The notes: generated by a model from the letters alone, not told the origin. Numbered from the stretch's first letter, positions 9,508 to 19,335 are shown. The stretch is DNA of 29,804 bases from Candidatus Bipolaricaulota bacterium (GCA_040752575.1 JBFMGK010000009.1:1-29804), one strand, 5' to 3'. Made by a program: numbers and translations.

Positions 9508-11112
9508 GTGAAGAGAGCTCTGACTTGCCTGATGGTTGTGGCGCTGCTCGGCGGTCTTGCGGTCGCCGGACAAGCGAAGACCCTGTTCTGGAACCTGTCA
9601 ACCGAACCCCCGTCCCTCGATCCGAGCTTGGCGACGGACACGACTTCGCATCAGGTGCTGAAGGCGATGTTCATCAGCCTCTGCCAGTACGATGATGCGA
9701 CGATGGCCGTCCTGCCGGACTTGGCCGAGACCTGGACGTTCGACGCGGCCACGGTGACGTGGACGTTCAACCTGCGAAACGACGTCCATTGGACCGACCG
9801 CAGCGGTGCGGTCGACCGCGGACTTGTGACGGCGCACGACGTCGAGTTCGGGATCAAGCGTCTGTTGGACCCTGCCACCGCGTCGGAGTACGCGTACGTG
9901 CTGTACCTCATCAAGGGCGCCGAGGCGTACAACACTGGCGTTGGCTCGGCGGATGACGTCGGCGTTGTCGCGGTGGACGACTTCACCGTGGCCATCACGC
10001 TGAACTTCCCGGCCGGGTACTTCCCGTCCATGGCCGCGTTGTGGCTCTGCGCCCCGCTGCCGCAGTTCGCCGTTGAGGCGTACGGCGACCAGTGGACCGA
10101 GGCCGACAACATCGTCACGAACGGCCCGTATGTTCTCGGAGACTGGGTGCACGAGGATCACCTCGTGCTGAACAAGAACCCGCTCTACTACGACGCGGCG
10201 AGCGTCAAGATCGATCAGGTCTACTGCTACATGGTCAACGAGCAGTCGACGGCCATGGCGATGTACGAGGCGGGGACAATCGACGTCAACGACAATCCCC
10301 CGCTCGAAGACATGGACCGCATCAAGACCGACCCCGTGCTGTCCAAGGAACTCTACCAGGCGCCGAACCTGTGCACCTACCGCTATGGTCTCAATGCCGC
10401 CAAGGCTCCGCTGGACAACATCCTCGTCCGCAAGGCGTTGGCCTCCGCGGTCGACCGCCAGAGCCTCATCGACTTTGTCCTGAAGGGCAACCAGCGGCCG
10501 GCGCAGACCTGGACGCCTCCTGGCATCTTCGGGCACGTCGACGGCGTGGCGCTGGAGATCGGCTACCCGTACAACCCGACGGCCGCGAAGCAGTACCTTG
10601 CCGACGCGGGCTATCCGGGCGGGGCGGGGTTCCCCGAAGTGACCCTGATGTTCAACACGAGCCAGGGGCACCAGAAGATCGCCGAGTTCGTCGCCCAGGG
10701 TTGGGAGGACACGCTTGGGATCAAGGTCAACCTGACGAACCAGGAGTGGGGCGTCTACCTGAACACGTGCGCGACCGATGCGCCGCAGGTCTTCCGCATG
10801 GGATGGTGCGCGGACTACCCCGACGCGAACAACTGGTTGAACGACGTCTTCCATTCGGGCTCGGGCAACAACTACGAGAAGTACGACAACCCGGTGTACG
10901 ACGACTTGGTGGAACGTGCCGCGGTGTCGACCGACCCGGCCGAGCGTCTTGATCTCTACAAGCAGGCTGAGATCCTGATCTGCGAGACCGACGTCGCGTT
11001 CATCCCGATCTACTTCTACACCTCGAACGAGCTGTCGAAGCCCTACGTCGTCCGCACGTATGCCGCCATCGGCGGCGAGTCGTGGAAGAACTGGGACATC
11101 CTTGACCACTAG
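9508..11112 (+). CDS. oppA: Oligopeptide ABC transporter substrate-binding protein (SBP family 5)
   Basis: EPPSLDP, PDLAETW, WTFNLR, VTAHDVEFGIKRLLDP, TNGPYVL and RMGWCADYPDANNWL. AAGGAGG RBS, GTG start, SPase I-type signal ending GQA. Confidence 0.95.
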   Translation: MKRALTCLMVVALLGGLAVAGQAKTLFWNLSTEPPSLDPSLATDTTSHQVLKAMFISLCQYDDATMAVLPDLAETWTFDAATVTWTFNLRNDVHWTDRSGAVDRGLVTAHDVEFGIKRLLDPATASEYAYVLYLIKGAEAYNTGVGSADDVGVVAVDDFTVAITLNFPAGYFPSMAALWLCAPLPQFAVEAYGDQWTEADNIVTNGPYVLGDWVHEDHLVLNKNPLYYDAASVKIDQVYCYMVNEQSTAMAMYEAGTIDVNDNPPLEDMDRIKTDPVLSKELYQAPNLCTYRYGLNAAKAPLDNILVRKALASAVDRQSLIDFVLKGNQRPAQTWTPPGIFGHVDGVALEIGYPYNPTAAKQYLADAGYPGGAGFPEVTLMFNTSQGHQKIAEFVAQGWEDTLGIKVNLTNQEWGVYLNTCATDAPQVFRMGWCADYPDANNWLNDVFHSGSGNNYEKYDNPVYDDLVERAAVSTDPAERLDLYKQAEILICETDVAFIPIYFYTSNELSKPYVVRTYAAIGGESWKNWDILDH

Positions 11113-11137
11113 GGTCTAGGAGGTCGCTGGAGCCGAT

Positions 11138-11168
11138 CAGGGGGGGCGCCTGTTTCATGCCCCCCCTG
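11138..11168 (+). terminator. Intercistronic hairpin between oppA and oppB (mRNA stabiliser or partial terminator)
   Basis: CAGGGGGGGC (11138-11147) and GCCCCCCCTG (11159-11168) form a perfect 10-bp stem with an 11-nt loop; a usual position for tuning SBP:permease ratios. Confidence 0.65.
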
Positions 11169-11193
11169 TCTCACTCTGAGGAGGGAGTTCCAG

Positions 11194-12111
11194 ATGTTCC
11201 AGTTCATCGTGCGTCGTCTCTTGTGGACGATCCCGGTGATCTTCGTCGTGTCGAGCATGACGTTCGTGCTCATGCACGCCGTGCCGGGAAGCCCGTTCAC
11301 GCGCGAGCGCGCGCTGCCGGAGGCGATTCAGCGCAACCTCGAGGCGAAGTACAACCTCGACGCGCCGCTTTGGAAGCAGTACGTCGACTATATGTGGGGC
11401 TTCGTGCGCTTTGACTTCGGCCCGTCGATTGCCTATCGCTCGCGAACGGTCAACGACATCCTCGCACAGCAATGGCCGGTCACGGCGACGCTGGGGGCGG
11501 TCGCGCTCCTGTTTGCGATTCTCGTCGGGATCCCGCTCGGCGTGCTCTCAGCCGTCAAACAGAACTCCTTGATCGACCACGCATCGATGGTCTTCTCGAT
11601 GCTCGGCGTGTCGATCCCGGCGATCGCGCTGGGCCCTTTTCTGATCTGGATCTTCGCGCTCAAGCTCAAATGGTTCCCCGTTGCGACGTGGGGAACGCCG
11701 GCACACGTCGTGCTCCCGGCACTCACCCTCTCGACGTTCTACCTCGCGCGGTTCGCGCGGATCACGCGGGCGTCGATGCTTCAGGTCACGCGCGAGGAGT
11801 ACATCCTGACCGCACGAGCCAAAGGGGTGCGCGAACTGGTCGTCAACGTCAAGCACGCGTTTCGGAATGCGCTCATCCCGGTGACGACCATAGCCGGCCC
11901 CGCCTTCGCGGACATCCTTACGGGGTCGCTTGTTGTGGAGCGCATCTTCGGAATCCCGGGCATCGGCAAGTATTACGTCCAGAGCATCGGCAACAGAGAC
12001 TACCCGGTGATCATGGCGACGACGCTGTTGTTCGCCCTGTTGATCATCCTGATGAACCTTCTCGTGGACGTCAGCTACGCCCTGCTGGACCCGCGGATTC
12101 GCTACGACTAG
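11194..12111 (+). CDS. oppB: Oligopeptide ABC transporter permease
   Basis: MFQFIVRRLL, VPGSPF, FDFGPS, EAA loop EYILTARAKG, VERIFGIPGIG, RDYP and terminal LDPRIR. Confidence 0.96.
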   Translation: MFQFIVRRLLWTIPVIFVVSSMTFVLMHAVPGSPFTRERALPEAIQRNLEAKYNLDAPLWKQYVDYMWGFVRFDFGPSIAYRSRTVNDILAQQWPVTATLGAVALLFAILVGIPLGVLSAVKQNSLIDHASMVFSMLGVSIPAIALGPFLIWIFALKLKWFPVATWGTPAHVVLPALTLSTFYLARFARITRASMLQVTREEYILTARAKGVRELVVNVKHAFRNALIPVTTIAGPAFADILTGSLVVERIFGIPGIGKYYVQSIGNRDYPVIMATTLLFALLIILMNLLVDVSYALLDPRIRYD

Positions 12112-12123
12112 GAGGGACACCAT

Positions 12124-13083
12124 ATGGCGTTTCGTCGCAAACAGAAGGCCGATCCCAAGGCAGCCAAGCCGAGAAGCCTTGGCCGCGACGCCATGCGGCG
12201 GCTCCTGAAGAACCGGCCTGCGGTCGCCGGCGGGGTCATCCTGCTCATCCTTTTCCTCGCGGCGATCTTTGCCGACTTCGTGGCGCCGTACAGCTACACC
12301 CAAGGGAACGTGCGCGACAACTACGCGGGTCCCAGCGCGGAACACATCATGGGCTGCGACTTCATGGGGCGCGACATCTTCTCGCGACTGATCTACGGGG
12401 CTAGGATCTCGCTCTCGGCGGGCCTCGTCGGCGCGCTCACGGCATTTGTGATCGGGGTCACGTTCGGGCTGGTCGCGGGGTTCATCGGCGGCAAGACGGA
12501 CAACGTCATGATGCGGTTCGTCGACATCATGTACGCGTTCCCAACACTCCTGTTGATCATCTTGCTGATGGTCTTTTTCAAGTCGAGCTTCTCGGTCTCC
12601 GGCGTCGCGGGCGGAGGATTCCGCGGGCTCCTGTCGAACATCGACCGCGCAACCGGCGGCATGTTCTTCATCTTCCTCGGCATCGGACTCACGTCGTGGC
12701 TGGGCATGGCGCGGCTTGTCCGCGGGATGACCCTCTCGGTGAGGAACACCGAGTACGTGGAAGCGGCGCGAGCGATTGGCACATCCCGCTCGCGAATCCT
12801 CGTGCGGCACGTCCTGCCGAACGTTCTCGGTCCGGCGATCGTTGCGCAGGCTTTGCAGATTCCGGGATTCATCCTCTACGAGGCGTTCCTGTCGTTCATC
12901 GGTCTGGGCGTGAACCCGCCGACACCGAGCTGGGGCATGATGCTTTCCGATGGCTACATGGGGATGCGGTCTCACTTCCACCTCGTGCTTTGGCCGGCGG
13001 TGGCGATCTCCGTCACGCTGTTCGCGTTCAACTTCCTGGGAGACGGGATTCGCGACGCGTTCGACCCGCGGCAGACACGGTAG
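12124..13083 (+). CDS. oppC: Oligopeptide ABC transporter permease
   Basis: HIMGCDFMGRDIFSRLIYGARISL, EYVEAARAIG, RHVLPN, EAFLSFIGLG, PSWGMML and FNFLGDGIRDAFDP. Confidence 0.96.
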   Translation: MAFRRKQKADPKAAKPRSLGRDAMRRLLKNRPAVAGGVILLILFLAAIFADFVAPYSYTQGNVRDNYAGPSAEHIMGCDFMGRDIFSRLIYGARISLSAGLVGALTAFVIGVTFGLVAGFIGGKTDNVMMRFVDIMYAFPTLLLIILLMVFFKSSFSVSGVAGGGFRGLLSNIDRATGGMFFIFLGIGLTSWLGMARLVRGMTLSVRNTEYVEAARAIGTSRSRILVRHVLPNVLGPAIVAQALQIPGFILYEAFLSFIGLGVNPPTPSWGMMLSDGYMGMRSHFHLVLWPAVAISVTLFAFNFLGDGIRDAFDPRQTR

Positions 13084-13093
13084 GGGGGATGCG

Positions 13094-13183
13094 ATGAGAC
13101 GAGTCGTGGAACCTGCGAAGCACAGATGGGAGACCGGTAGGTCGATGCCCGCGGGGTCGAGCCTCGCGGTGGGGAGGTCCTGA
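13094..13183 (+). CDS. Possible 29-aa small ORF between oppC and oppD
   Basis: ATG at 13094 after a G-rich RBS-like run; reads MRRVVEPAKHRWETGRSMPAGSSLAVGRS; its TGA overlaps the oppD ATG (TGATG). Confidence 0.3.
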   Translation: MRRVVEPAKHRWETGRSMPAGSSLAVGRS

Positions 13184-14181
13184 TGGCGTCTTCGGCGCTG
13201 GTCGAGGTCCGCAATCTCGAGGTGCACTTCGTCACGGACAGCGCTCTGGTGCGGGCGGTGGACGGCGTGACGTACACGATCGACGGCGAGAAGACGCTGG
13301 GAATCGTGGGAGAGAGCGGCTGTGGAAAGACGGTCACGGCGCTCGCGATCATGGGGCTCGTGCAGAGCCCGCCGGGGAAGATCGCAGGCGGCGAGGTGCT
13401 GTATCACCGCGATGGGAAGGTGATCGACCTCACGAAGCTGCCGCCGAAGGGCAAGGCGATGCGCTCCATTCGCGGAAACGACATCGCGATGATCTTCCAG
13501 GAGCCGATGACCTCGCTGAACCCGGTGTTCACGATTGGCCACCAGATCATGGAGGCGATCATCTTGCACCAGAAGGTGCATCGCCGCGAGGCGCGCCGCA
13601 AAGCGATCGAGATGCTCAAGGACGTGGGGATTCCGCTTCCCGAGCAGCGTGTTGACGAGTATCCGCACCAGCTTTCGGGAGGCATGCGCCAACGGGCGAT
13701 GATCGCGATGGCGCTGTCGTGCAATCCCGCGCTACTGATCGCCGACGAGCCGACGACGGCGCTCGACGTGACGATCCAGGCTCAAGTTCTCGAACTGATG
13801 AACAAACTGCGGCGCGAGTTCAAGGCGGCGATTCAGTTCATCACGCACGATCTGGGGGTCATTGCCGGGATGGCGGACGACGTCGCGGTGATGTACCTCG
13901 GGCGAATCGTCGAAGCGGCGCCGGTGCGGGACATCTATCATGACCCGAAGCACCCCTACACGCAGGGGCTCATGCGTTCGATCCCCTCGCTGGCGAAAAG
14001 GAAAGAACGGCTGGTCCCGATTGAAGGCGTGGTGCCCGATCCGAGCGACGCGCCGCCGGGGTGCGGGTTCGAGCCGCGCTGTCCGCGGAGGATGGAGATC
14101 TGCAAGACGAAGATGCCGCCGCTCAAGGCCGTGGCGCCGGGCCATACCGCTGCGTGTTGGCTCTACGGGGCGGAGGGGTGA
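13183..14181 (+). CDS. oppD: Oligopeptide ABC transporter ATP-binding protein
   Basis: Walker [28 protein letters not shown], Walker [20 protein letters not shown] and Cys-rich C-terminus GCGFEPRC. Confidence 0.96.
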   Translation: MASSALVEVRNLEVHFVTDSALVRAVDGVTYTIDGEKTLGIVGESGCGKTVTALAIMGLVQSPPGKIAGGEVLYHRDGKVIDLTKLPPKGKAMRSIRGNDIAMIFQEPMTSLNPVFTIGHQIMEAIILHQKVHRREARRKAIEMLKDVGIPLPEQRVDEYPHQLSGGMRQRAMIAMALSCNPALLIADEPTTALDVTIQAQVLELMNKLRREFKAAIQFITHDLGVIAGMADDVAVMYLGRIVEAAPVRDIYHDPKHPYTQGLMRSIPSLAKRKERLVPIEGVVPDPSDAPPGCGFEPRCPRRMEICKTKMPPLKAVAPGHTAACWLYGAEG

Positions 14182-15242
14182 TCGGCGTGGAGATGAAGGA
14201 CAAAGCGCTCATCGAAGTCGAAGGGCTCGTGAAGCACTTCCCGGTGCGCAAGGGGACGCTGCGCCGGGCGAAGGCGACGGTGAAGGCCGTCGATGGGATT
14301 GACCTGTTCATCCGCGAGCGGGAGACCCTGGGGCTGGTTGGGGAGAGCGGCTGCGGGAAGACGACGGCAGGCAGGACGCTGCTCCGACTTCTTGAACCGA
14401 CGCGCGGCAAGATCGTTTTCCGGAGCCGGCGGGCGGCCGGATCGGAGTCGCGCGAGCCGCGGGAAGTGGACGTCGTCAAGGCGTCGCCGCGCGAACTCAA
14501 GGCCCTGCGCCGCGACATGCAGATCATCTTCCAGGACCCCTATTCGTCGCTGAACCCGCGGATGACGGTGGGATCGATCGTCGGCGAACCTCTTCTGGTG
14601 CACGGGCTCGCGCGGGGCGCCGAGCGCGACGAGCGGGTGCGCCATGTGCTCGGAGCCGTAGGCCTGAAAGACGAACACATGAAGCGCTATCCGCATGAGT
14701 TCTCCGGCGGGCAACGCCAGCGGATCGGGATTGCGCGGGCGTTGGTGCTCGATCCGCAGCTCGTGGTTTGCGACGAGCCGGTGTCGGCGCTCGACGTGTC
14801 GATTCAGGCGCAGGTGTTGAACCTGCTTGAGGATCTGCAGCACGAGTTTGGGCTGACCTACCTGTTCGTGGCGCACAACCTCTCGGTGGTCCGGCACATC
14901 AGCAATCGCGTCGCGGTCATGTACCTCGGGCGGATCGTCGAACTGGCGTCGACCGACGCGTTGTTCTCGCAGCCGAAGCATCCCTATACCGAGGCGCTCG
15001 TTTCCGCGGTTCCTGTTCCCGATCCGGATATTGCCGTGGAGCGGATGATCCTGGAGGGCGACGTGCCGAGTCCGGTGAATCCGCCAAGCGGCTGTCACTT
15101 CCACCCCCGCTGCGCTTACGCGGTCGACCGCTGCAAGGTCGAGGCCCCCGTGTATCGAGACCTGGGGGAGGAGCATTTCGTGGCCTGTCACCGCGCCGAC
15201 GAACTCGACCTGCAGCCGATCCGCGAGTCCATCGCGATGTAG
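14178..15242 (+). CDS. oppF: Oligopeptide ABC transporter ATP-binding protein
   Basis: [49 protein letters not shown] and GCHFHPRC. Start is either GTG 14178 (GTGA overlap with the oppD stop) or ATG 14193. Confidence 0.95.
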   Translation: MIGVEMKDKALIEVEGLVKHFPVRKGTLRRAKATVKAVDGIDLFIRERETLGLVGESGCGKTTAGRTLLRLLEPTRGKIVFRSRRAAGSESREPREVDVVKASPRELKALRRDMQIIFQDPYSSLNPRMTVGSIVGEPLLVHGLARGAERDERVRHVLGAVGLKDEHMKRYPHEFSGGQRQRIGIARALVLDPQLVVCDEPVSALDVSIQAQVLNLLEDLQHEFGLTYLFVAHNLSVVRHISNRVAVMYLGRIVELASTDALFSQPKHPYTEALVSAVPVPDPDIAVERMILEGDVPSPVNPPSGCHFHPRCAYAVDRCKVEAPVYRDLGEEHFVACHRADELDLQPIRESIAM

Positions 15243-15728
15243 GTGGATCACGACATGGGAGGCGCCGCGGATCCAAGACCGGGCGAGGGGCGCGCGGGAC
15301 TCGTCGCCCGGGCGCTCGATCTCGCCGAGTCGCTGCGGCAGGATGGTGAAAGAGGCGAGGCCATCCGCACGCTTCTCGATGCCCTAGACCACGGCGAGCA
15401 GAGAGCGCAGATCTATTACCGTTTGGGCAATCTGTACGTCGATGGGGGTGATCTCGGGCGGGCGGAGTACGCATACCGACGTGCGCTCGAGGTCGACCCA
15501 CGACACGTCAACGCCATGCACAACCTCGCCGTGGTCTACAAGCGCCAGAGCAAAGTCGCGCTGTTCGTCAAGACCTACCGAGAAAGCCAGCGGCTCGCGC
15601 TCGACGTGAGCGAGGGGCGGGCCTCGTCGTCCTGGGCGCGGCGCCCGTGGCTGCGGCGGTACGGGCCGTGGCTCTTGGGTGCCGTGGTCCTGGCCACGGT
15701 GCTTTGGCTGACGGCGCGAGCGGCGTAG
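15243..15728 (+). CDS. Tetratricopeptide-repeat protein with C-terminal membrane anchor
   Basis: TPR consensus AQIYYRLGNLYVDGGDLGRAEYAYRRALEVDP followed by NAMHNLAVVY; C-terminal basic patch plus hydrophobic helix WLLGAVVLATVLWL. Abuts the oppF stop; alternative start ATG 15255. Confidence 0.85.
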   Translation: MDHDMGGAADPRPGEGRAGLVARALDLAESLRQDGERGEAIRTLLDALDHGEQRAQIYYRLGNLYVDGGDLGRAEYAYRRALEVDPRHVNAMHNLAVVYKRQSKVALFVKTYRESQRLALDVSEGRASSSWARRPWLRRYGPWLLGAVVLATVLWLTARAA

Positions 15729-15783
15729 CGAAAGGAGTAGGCAGGTCGGCCGCGCCTCGCGAGGTTCGGCGGCCTGCGATGCG

Positions 15784-18700
15784 ATGAGCGTCAGAGGTCT
15801 GCAGCGCGTCGACCTCGCTTCCCGGGGGCGCCTCGCATCGGCCTGGCGGCACGCAGCGGGCCGCGTCGCCCTGATCCTTGTGGGCGCTGCCGCGACGATC
15901 TTCTTCACGCTCTTCGCCCTCGATCTCGCTCGTGGGCAGTCGGTCGGCGAGGCCCTCCGCGATGCAAGTCGCGGGTTCTGCGACGTCGTCGTTCGTCTCT
16001 CTCGCGGCGACCTCGGCGCGACGACGGCCGGCGGAGCCACGGCGCGGCGGATGCCGGTGACCGAAGTGCTCGCGGTGGTCGTCCCGAGGAGCGTCGGACT
16101 CCTGGGTGCGGCACTGGCTGTCGCGACGTTCGGCGGGGTGCTGATCGGCTTGCTCGCGGCGATCTCGCGTCGCAGACTCGCAGCCTCCATCCTGCTCTTT
16201 CTCTCGGTGCTCGGAGCCTCGGCGCCGAGCTTCTTCGTTGCACTGCTCTTGCAGATCCTCGTCCTGAGTCTGCCGCGCCTCGGCGGTCGGTCCGTTCTTC
16301 CCATGGGAGGTTTCGGCTGGGGTCCGGAGATCGTCCTGCCGGCCCTGGTGCTGGCCGCACGCCCTCTGGCTCAGATCGCTCGCATCACCTACGTGAAGAC
16401 GCGCGAGGCGTTCGAGCAAGACTACGTTCGAACGGCGTTCGGAAAGGGTCTGGGGATTGTCGGGGTCCTCCGACGACACGTTGCACGAAACCTGGCGATT
16501 CCCGTCCTGACGACCGTCGCGATTTCGCTGCGCTTTGCCTTGGGCAGTCTGCCGATTGTCGAGGTCTACTTCGGATGGTCGGGAGCCGGACAGACGCTGC
16601 TTCGGGCGATCGCCAGCCAGGACGACAATCTGACGGTTTTCCTGTTGCTGACGCTCGCGGCGTTCTTCCTGGCGGTTCAGCTGTTGTTGGAGGCGACCTA
16701 CTCGCGCTGGGATCCTCGGGTTCGCGAGCCCGTCTCCCATCCCGAGTTGGACACGTGGCCGTCTCTGCGAGGGTTCCCGGCGGCAACCGCCCGAATCCTA
16801 CGGGATCTCGCACGGCGCGGGCGCGAGGTTCTGCGGCGAACGCCGGACTGGCGCCACACCGTGCGGGTGAAGCTCCGCGAGCGCGCCGAGGCGGCGACCC
16901 GCAAAAGGGACATGGGGCGACGACTTCCGCTCTGGCGCAGCGTGAACCTCTCTCTGCTGGTGGGAGCCGCGCTGTGCCTTGCGCTCGTGATCGTCGTCCT
17001 GTTCGGATCGCGCTTGGCGCCGCACAATCCCTACCAGATGGCCGGCGTCGAGCGCGTCAACGGAACGCTGACCGGACCGCCGTTCGCGCCGAGCGATCGC
17101 TATCCTTGGGGAACCGACGCCCTGGGCCGGGATCTCATGAGCCTGATTCTCGTCGGGGCGCAGCAGACGCTCTGGCTCGCGGCGATTGCCGTCTCCGTGC
17201 GACTGGGCGTCGGCGTCGTCCTAGGCGCCGTGGCGGGGTGGTGGTGCGGCTCGCGCGTGGACCGTGCCGTTCGCGGACTGGCGCAGGTCATCACACCGTT
17301 TCCCGTGTTGCTGCTCGCGATGCTCGTCATCCTCGCGGTGGGCATCCGCCAGGGGACGCTTCCCTTCGTTGTGGGGCTTTGCGTGGTCGGTTGGGGCGAG
17401 TTGGCGCAGTTCGTGCGGTCGGAGGTCATCGCAATACGTTCGAGACCGTTTCTGGAGAGCGCCCGCGCGATCGGGGCCGACCCACTTCGCATTCTCGCGG
17501 CGCACGTGATGCCGCACCTCGTGCCTTCCCTTCTCGCGCTCGCGGCGATCGAGTTCTCCGCCGTGCTGATGATTCTGGGCGAACTCGGTTTCCTCGGCGT
17601 GTTCCTCGGTGGCGGGGCCTACATGGAATTGGAGATGTACCAGCCGGCCGTGCACTACTCGGATGTCCCAGAGTGGGGTGCCCTTCTGGCCGGGTTCCGG
17701 CAGGCGGCGCGTGCCAAGCCTTGGCTGGGAATCTACCCGTCCCTTGCGCTCCTGTTCTCGGCCCTCGGCTTCCACCTCCTGGGCGAGGGCATCCGGCGGG
17801 AGATCGAGAGGGGTCGGCTGTTCCTCAAACGGCTCCTCAACCGCAAGACGCTCCTTGCGCTAGGCGCGGCGGGCCTTGTCTTCGCGCTCTTCGCGGGCAA
17901 CTTGGGCTCGGCGGGGCTCACCCGGCGCTACGCTTCAGAGTTCAGCGCCGAGGCGGCGCTGCAGCACGTCACGGCGCTCACGACCCCGGAGATGGGCGGG
18001 CGGGAGATCGGAAGCGCAGGGGCTGTCGCTGCCGCCGAGTACATTGCCGCCGAGTTCGACCGCCTGGGTCTTCAGGCGATCGGCCGCGACGGGTCCTACC
18101 TTGTGAACGACGTCGGTGGGATCGAGCGCCTGAGCGACGTCCCTGTGCTCGAGCTGGGCGACGGCGGGCCGCCACTGGCCTATCTCGAGGACTTCGCGGA
18201 GTACTCGGACCAATTCCGCACGCTTGGCGAGGCCGAAGGCCAGATCCGTTTCGTCGCGTTCGGCGAGTCGCCGACATACGGCAAGCTCGATGTCAGTCCC
18301 TTCAAGAAACTCGATCTGTCGAAAGACGTCCTGCTCGTGCTCACGCGTCTCGATGCGGAGCTCCTTGAACGCAGGCGGTGTGCGGCGCTCCTAGTCGTTG
18401 CCGGAAGCGCTGAGATCCTCGCGCATCGCGCGGTGCTCTCGCCGGCGAGCCGCGCCGACTTTGCGTTCACAGGAGCGGGAATCGAAACGACGGGCATCGA
18501 TCGTCCCGCGCTCTGGATCTCCGAGGAGACGGCGGAGCGAATCCTCGCCGGCGTGGGCCGCTCGCTTGCCGAACTGCGTGCGGCGGCCTCCGAGGTCGAC
18601 GCGCGCGATCCCTTGACGTTCTTGCTTCCCTGTCGTGCCGCTTTGCGCATTGAGGGCGCCGTGGAGGAAGAGATGCCTGTTCGCCACGTCGTGGGCTGGA

Positions 18701-19335
18701 TCCCCGGCGAGAAGGGGAACCCGCGCGAGCAGATGGACAACCAGGTCGTCGCCGTCCTCGTGCAGTACGATGTCACGCCCTACCGGCCGGGCCAGGCCGG
18801 GGACGGGGCCAACGACAACGCGAGCGGGGTGGCCCTGCTGCTCGAGATCGCGCGGCTGCTCACGCAGACGGAGTATGTGCCCAACCGGAGCCTGATGCTC
18901 GTAGCCTATAGCGGAGTGGGATGGAGCGGGGGTGAACTGCGCGCCGAGCGTGAGGCGGAGTGGTTCCTCGGCCGATCCGTGCTCCCCTCGCGTTTCTTCA
19001 CGTTCGAGGCCGTGGTGCGACTTCGCGGCGTGGGCGCGGGGTCCACGGAGCGTCTGAGTGTGGAGACGTCGGGCGGGTTGCGACTGGCGAACCTGTTCCG
19101 TTCGGCGGCTTCTCGCATGGGCGGCCGACTTGTGATTGCCGAGACGCCGGTCGATCTTCGCGCCGTCTACGAGGGGAAGTCCGCCACGGAGTCCGCGGAG
19201 GGCGTGCCCGAGGTCACCCTGTCCTACGAGAACTGGGCGCTCGCCGAGGGTCCGATCGACGCGCGATCCCTTGGGCGGTCCGGTCGCATCGCCGCGTTCG
19301 GCGTCCTGACCCTCGGGCGAGAAGAGCGGTACTAG
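15784..19335 (+). CDS. Fusion protein: OppB-like permease + OppC-like permease + TM helix + PA/M28 peptidase-like domain (degenerate active site)
   Basis: OppB-like: GDLG, LPALVLA, DYVRTAFGKG, VEVYFGWSGAG, DPRVR. OppC-like: WGTDALGRD, FLESARAIGA, PEWGALL, GFHLLGEGIR. M28-like: GREIGSAGAVAAAEYIAAEFDRLGL and GANDNASGVALLLEIAR. One uninterrupted 1183-codon frame. Confidence 0.9.
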   Translation: MSVRGLQRVDLASRGRLASAWRHAAGRVALILVGAAATIFFTLFALDLARGQSVGEALRDASRGFCDVVVRLSRGDLGATTAGGATARRMPVTEVLAVVVPRSVGLLGAALAVATFGGVLIGLLAAISRRRLAASILLFLSVLGASAPSFFVALLLQILVLSLPRLGGRSVLPMGGFGWGPEIVLPALVLAARPLAQIARITYVKTREAFEQDYVRTAFGKGLGIVGVLRRHVARNLAIPVLTTVAISLRFALGSLPIVEVYFGWSGAGQTLLRAIASQDDNLTVFLLLTLAAFFLAVQLLLEATYSRWDPRVREPVSHPELDTWPSLRGFPAATARILRDLARRGREVLRRTPDWRHTVRVKLRERAEAATRKRDMGRRLPLWRSVNLSLLVGAALCLALVIVVLFGSRLAPHNPYQMAGVERVNGTLTGPPFAPSDRYPWGTDALGRDLMSLILVGAQQTLWLAAIAVSVRLGVGVVLGAVAGWWCGSRVDRAVRGLAQVITPFPVLLLAMLVILAVGIRQGTLPFVVGLCVVGWGELAQFVRSEVIAIRSRPFLESARAIGADPLRILAAHVMPHLVPSLLALAAIEFSAVLMILGELGFLGVFLGGGAYMELEMYQPAVHYSDVPEWGALLAGFRQAARAKPWLGIYPSLALLFSALGFHLLGEGIRREIERGRLFLKRLLNRKTLLALGAAGLVFALFAGNLGSAGLTRRYASEFSAEAALQHVTALTTPEMGGREIGSAGAVAAAEYIAAEFDRLGLQAIGRDGSYLVNDVGGIERLSDVPVLELGDGGPPLAYLEDFAEYSDQFRTLGEAEGQIRFVAFGESPTYGKLDVSPFKKLDLSKDVLLVLTRLDAELLERRRCAALLVVAGSAEILAHRAVLSPASRADFAFTGAGIETTGIDRPALWISEETAERILAGVGRSLAELRAAASEVDARDPLTFLLPCRAALRIEGAVEEEMPVRHVVGWIPGEKGNPREQMDNQVVAVLVQYDVTPYRPGQAGDGANDNASGVALLLEIARLLTQTEYVPNRSLMLVAYSGVGWSGGELRAEREAEWFLGRSVLPSRFFTFEAVVRLRGVGAGSTERLSVETSGGLRLANLFRSAASRMGGRLVIAETPVDLRAVYEGKSATESAEGVPEVTLSYENWALAEGPIDARSLGRSGRIAAFGVLTLGREERY

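Noticed and set aside
9598..15251. Long minus-strand ORFs (503, 714 and 362 aa)
   Set aside because: Mirror frames of the opp genes with no recognisable domains.
16575..18368. 597-aa alternative-frame ORF inside the permease fusion
   Set aside because: Arg/Ala/Gly-rich off-frame translation; the main frame is continuous, so no frameshift is needed.
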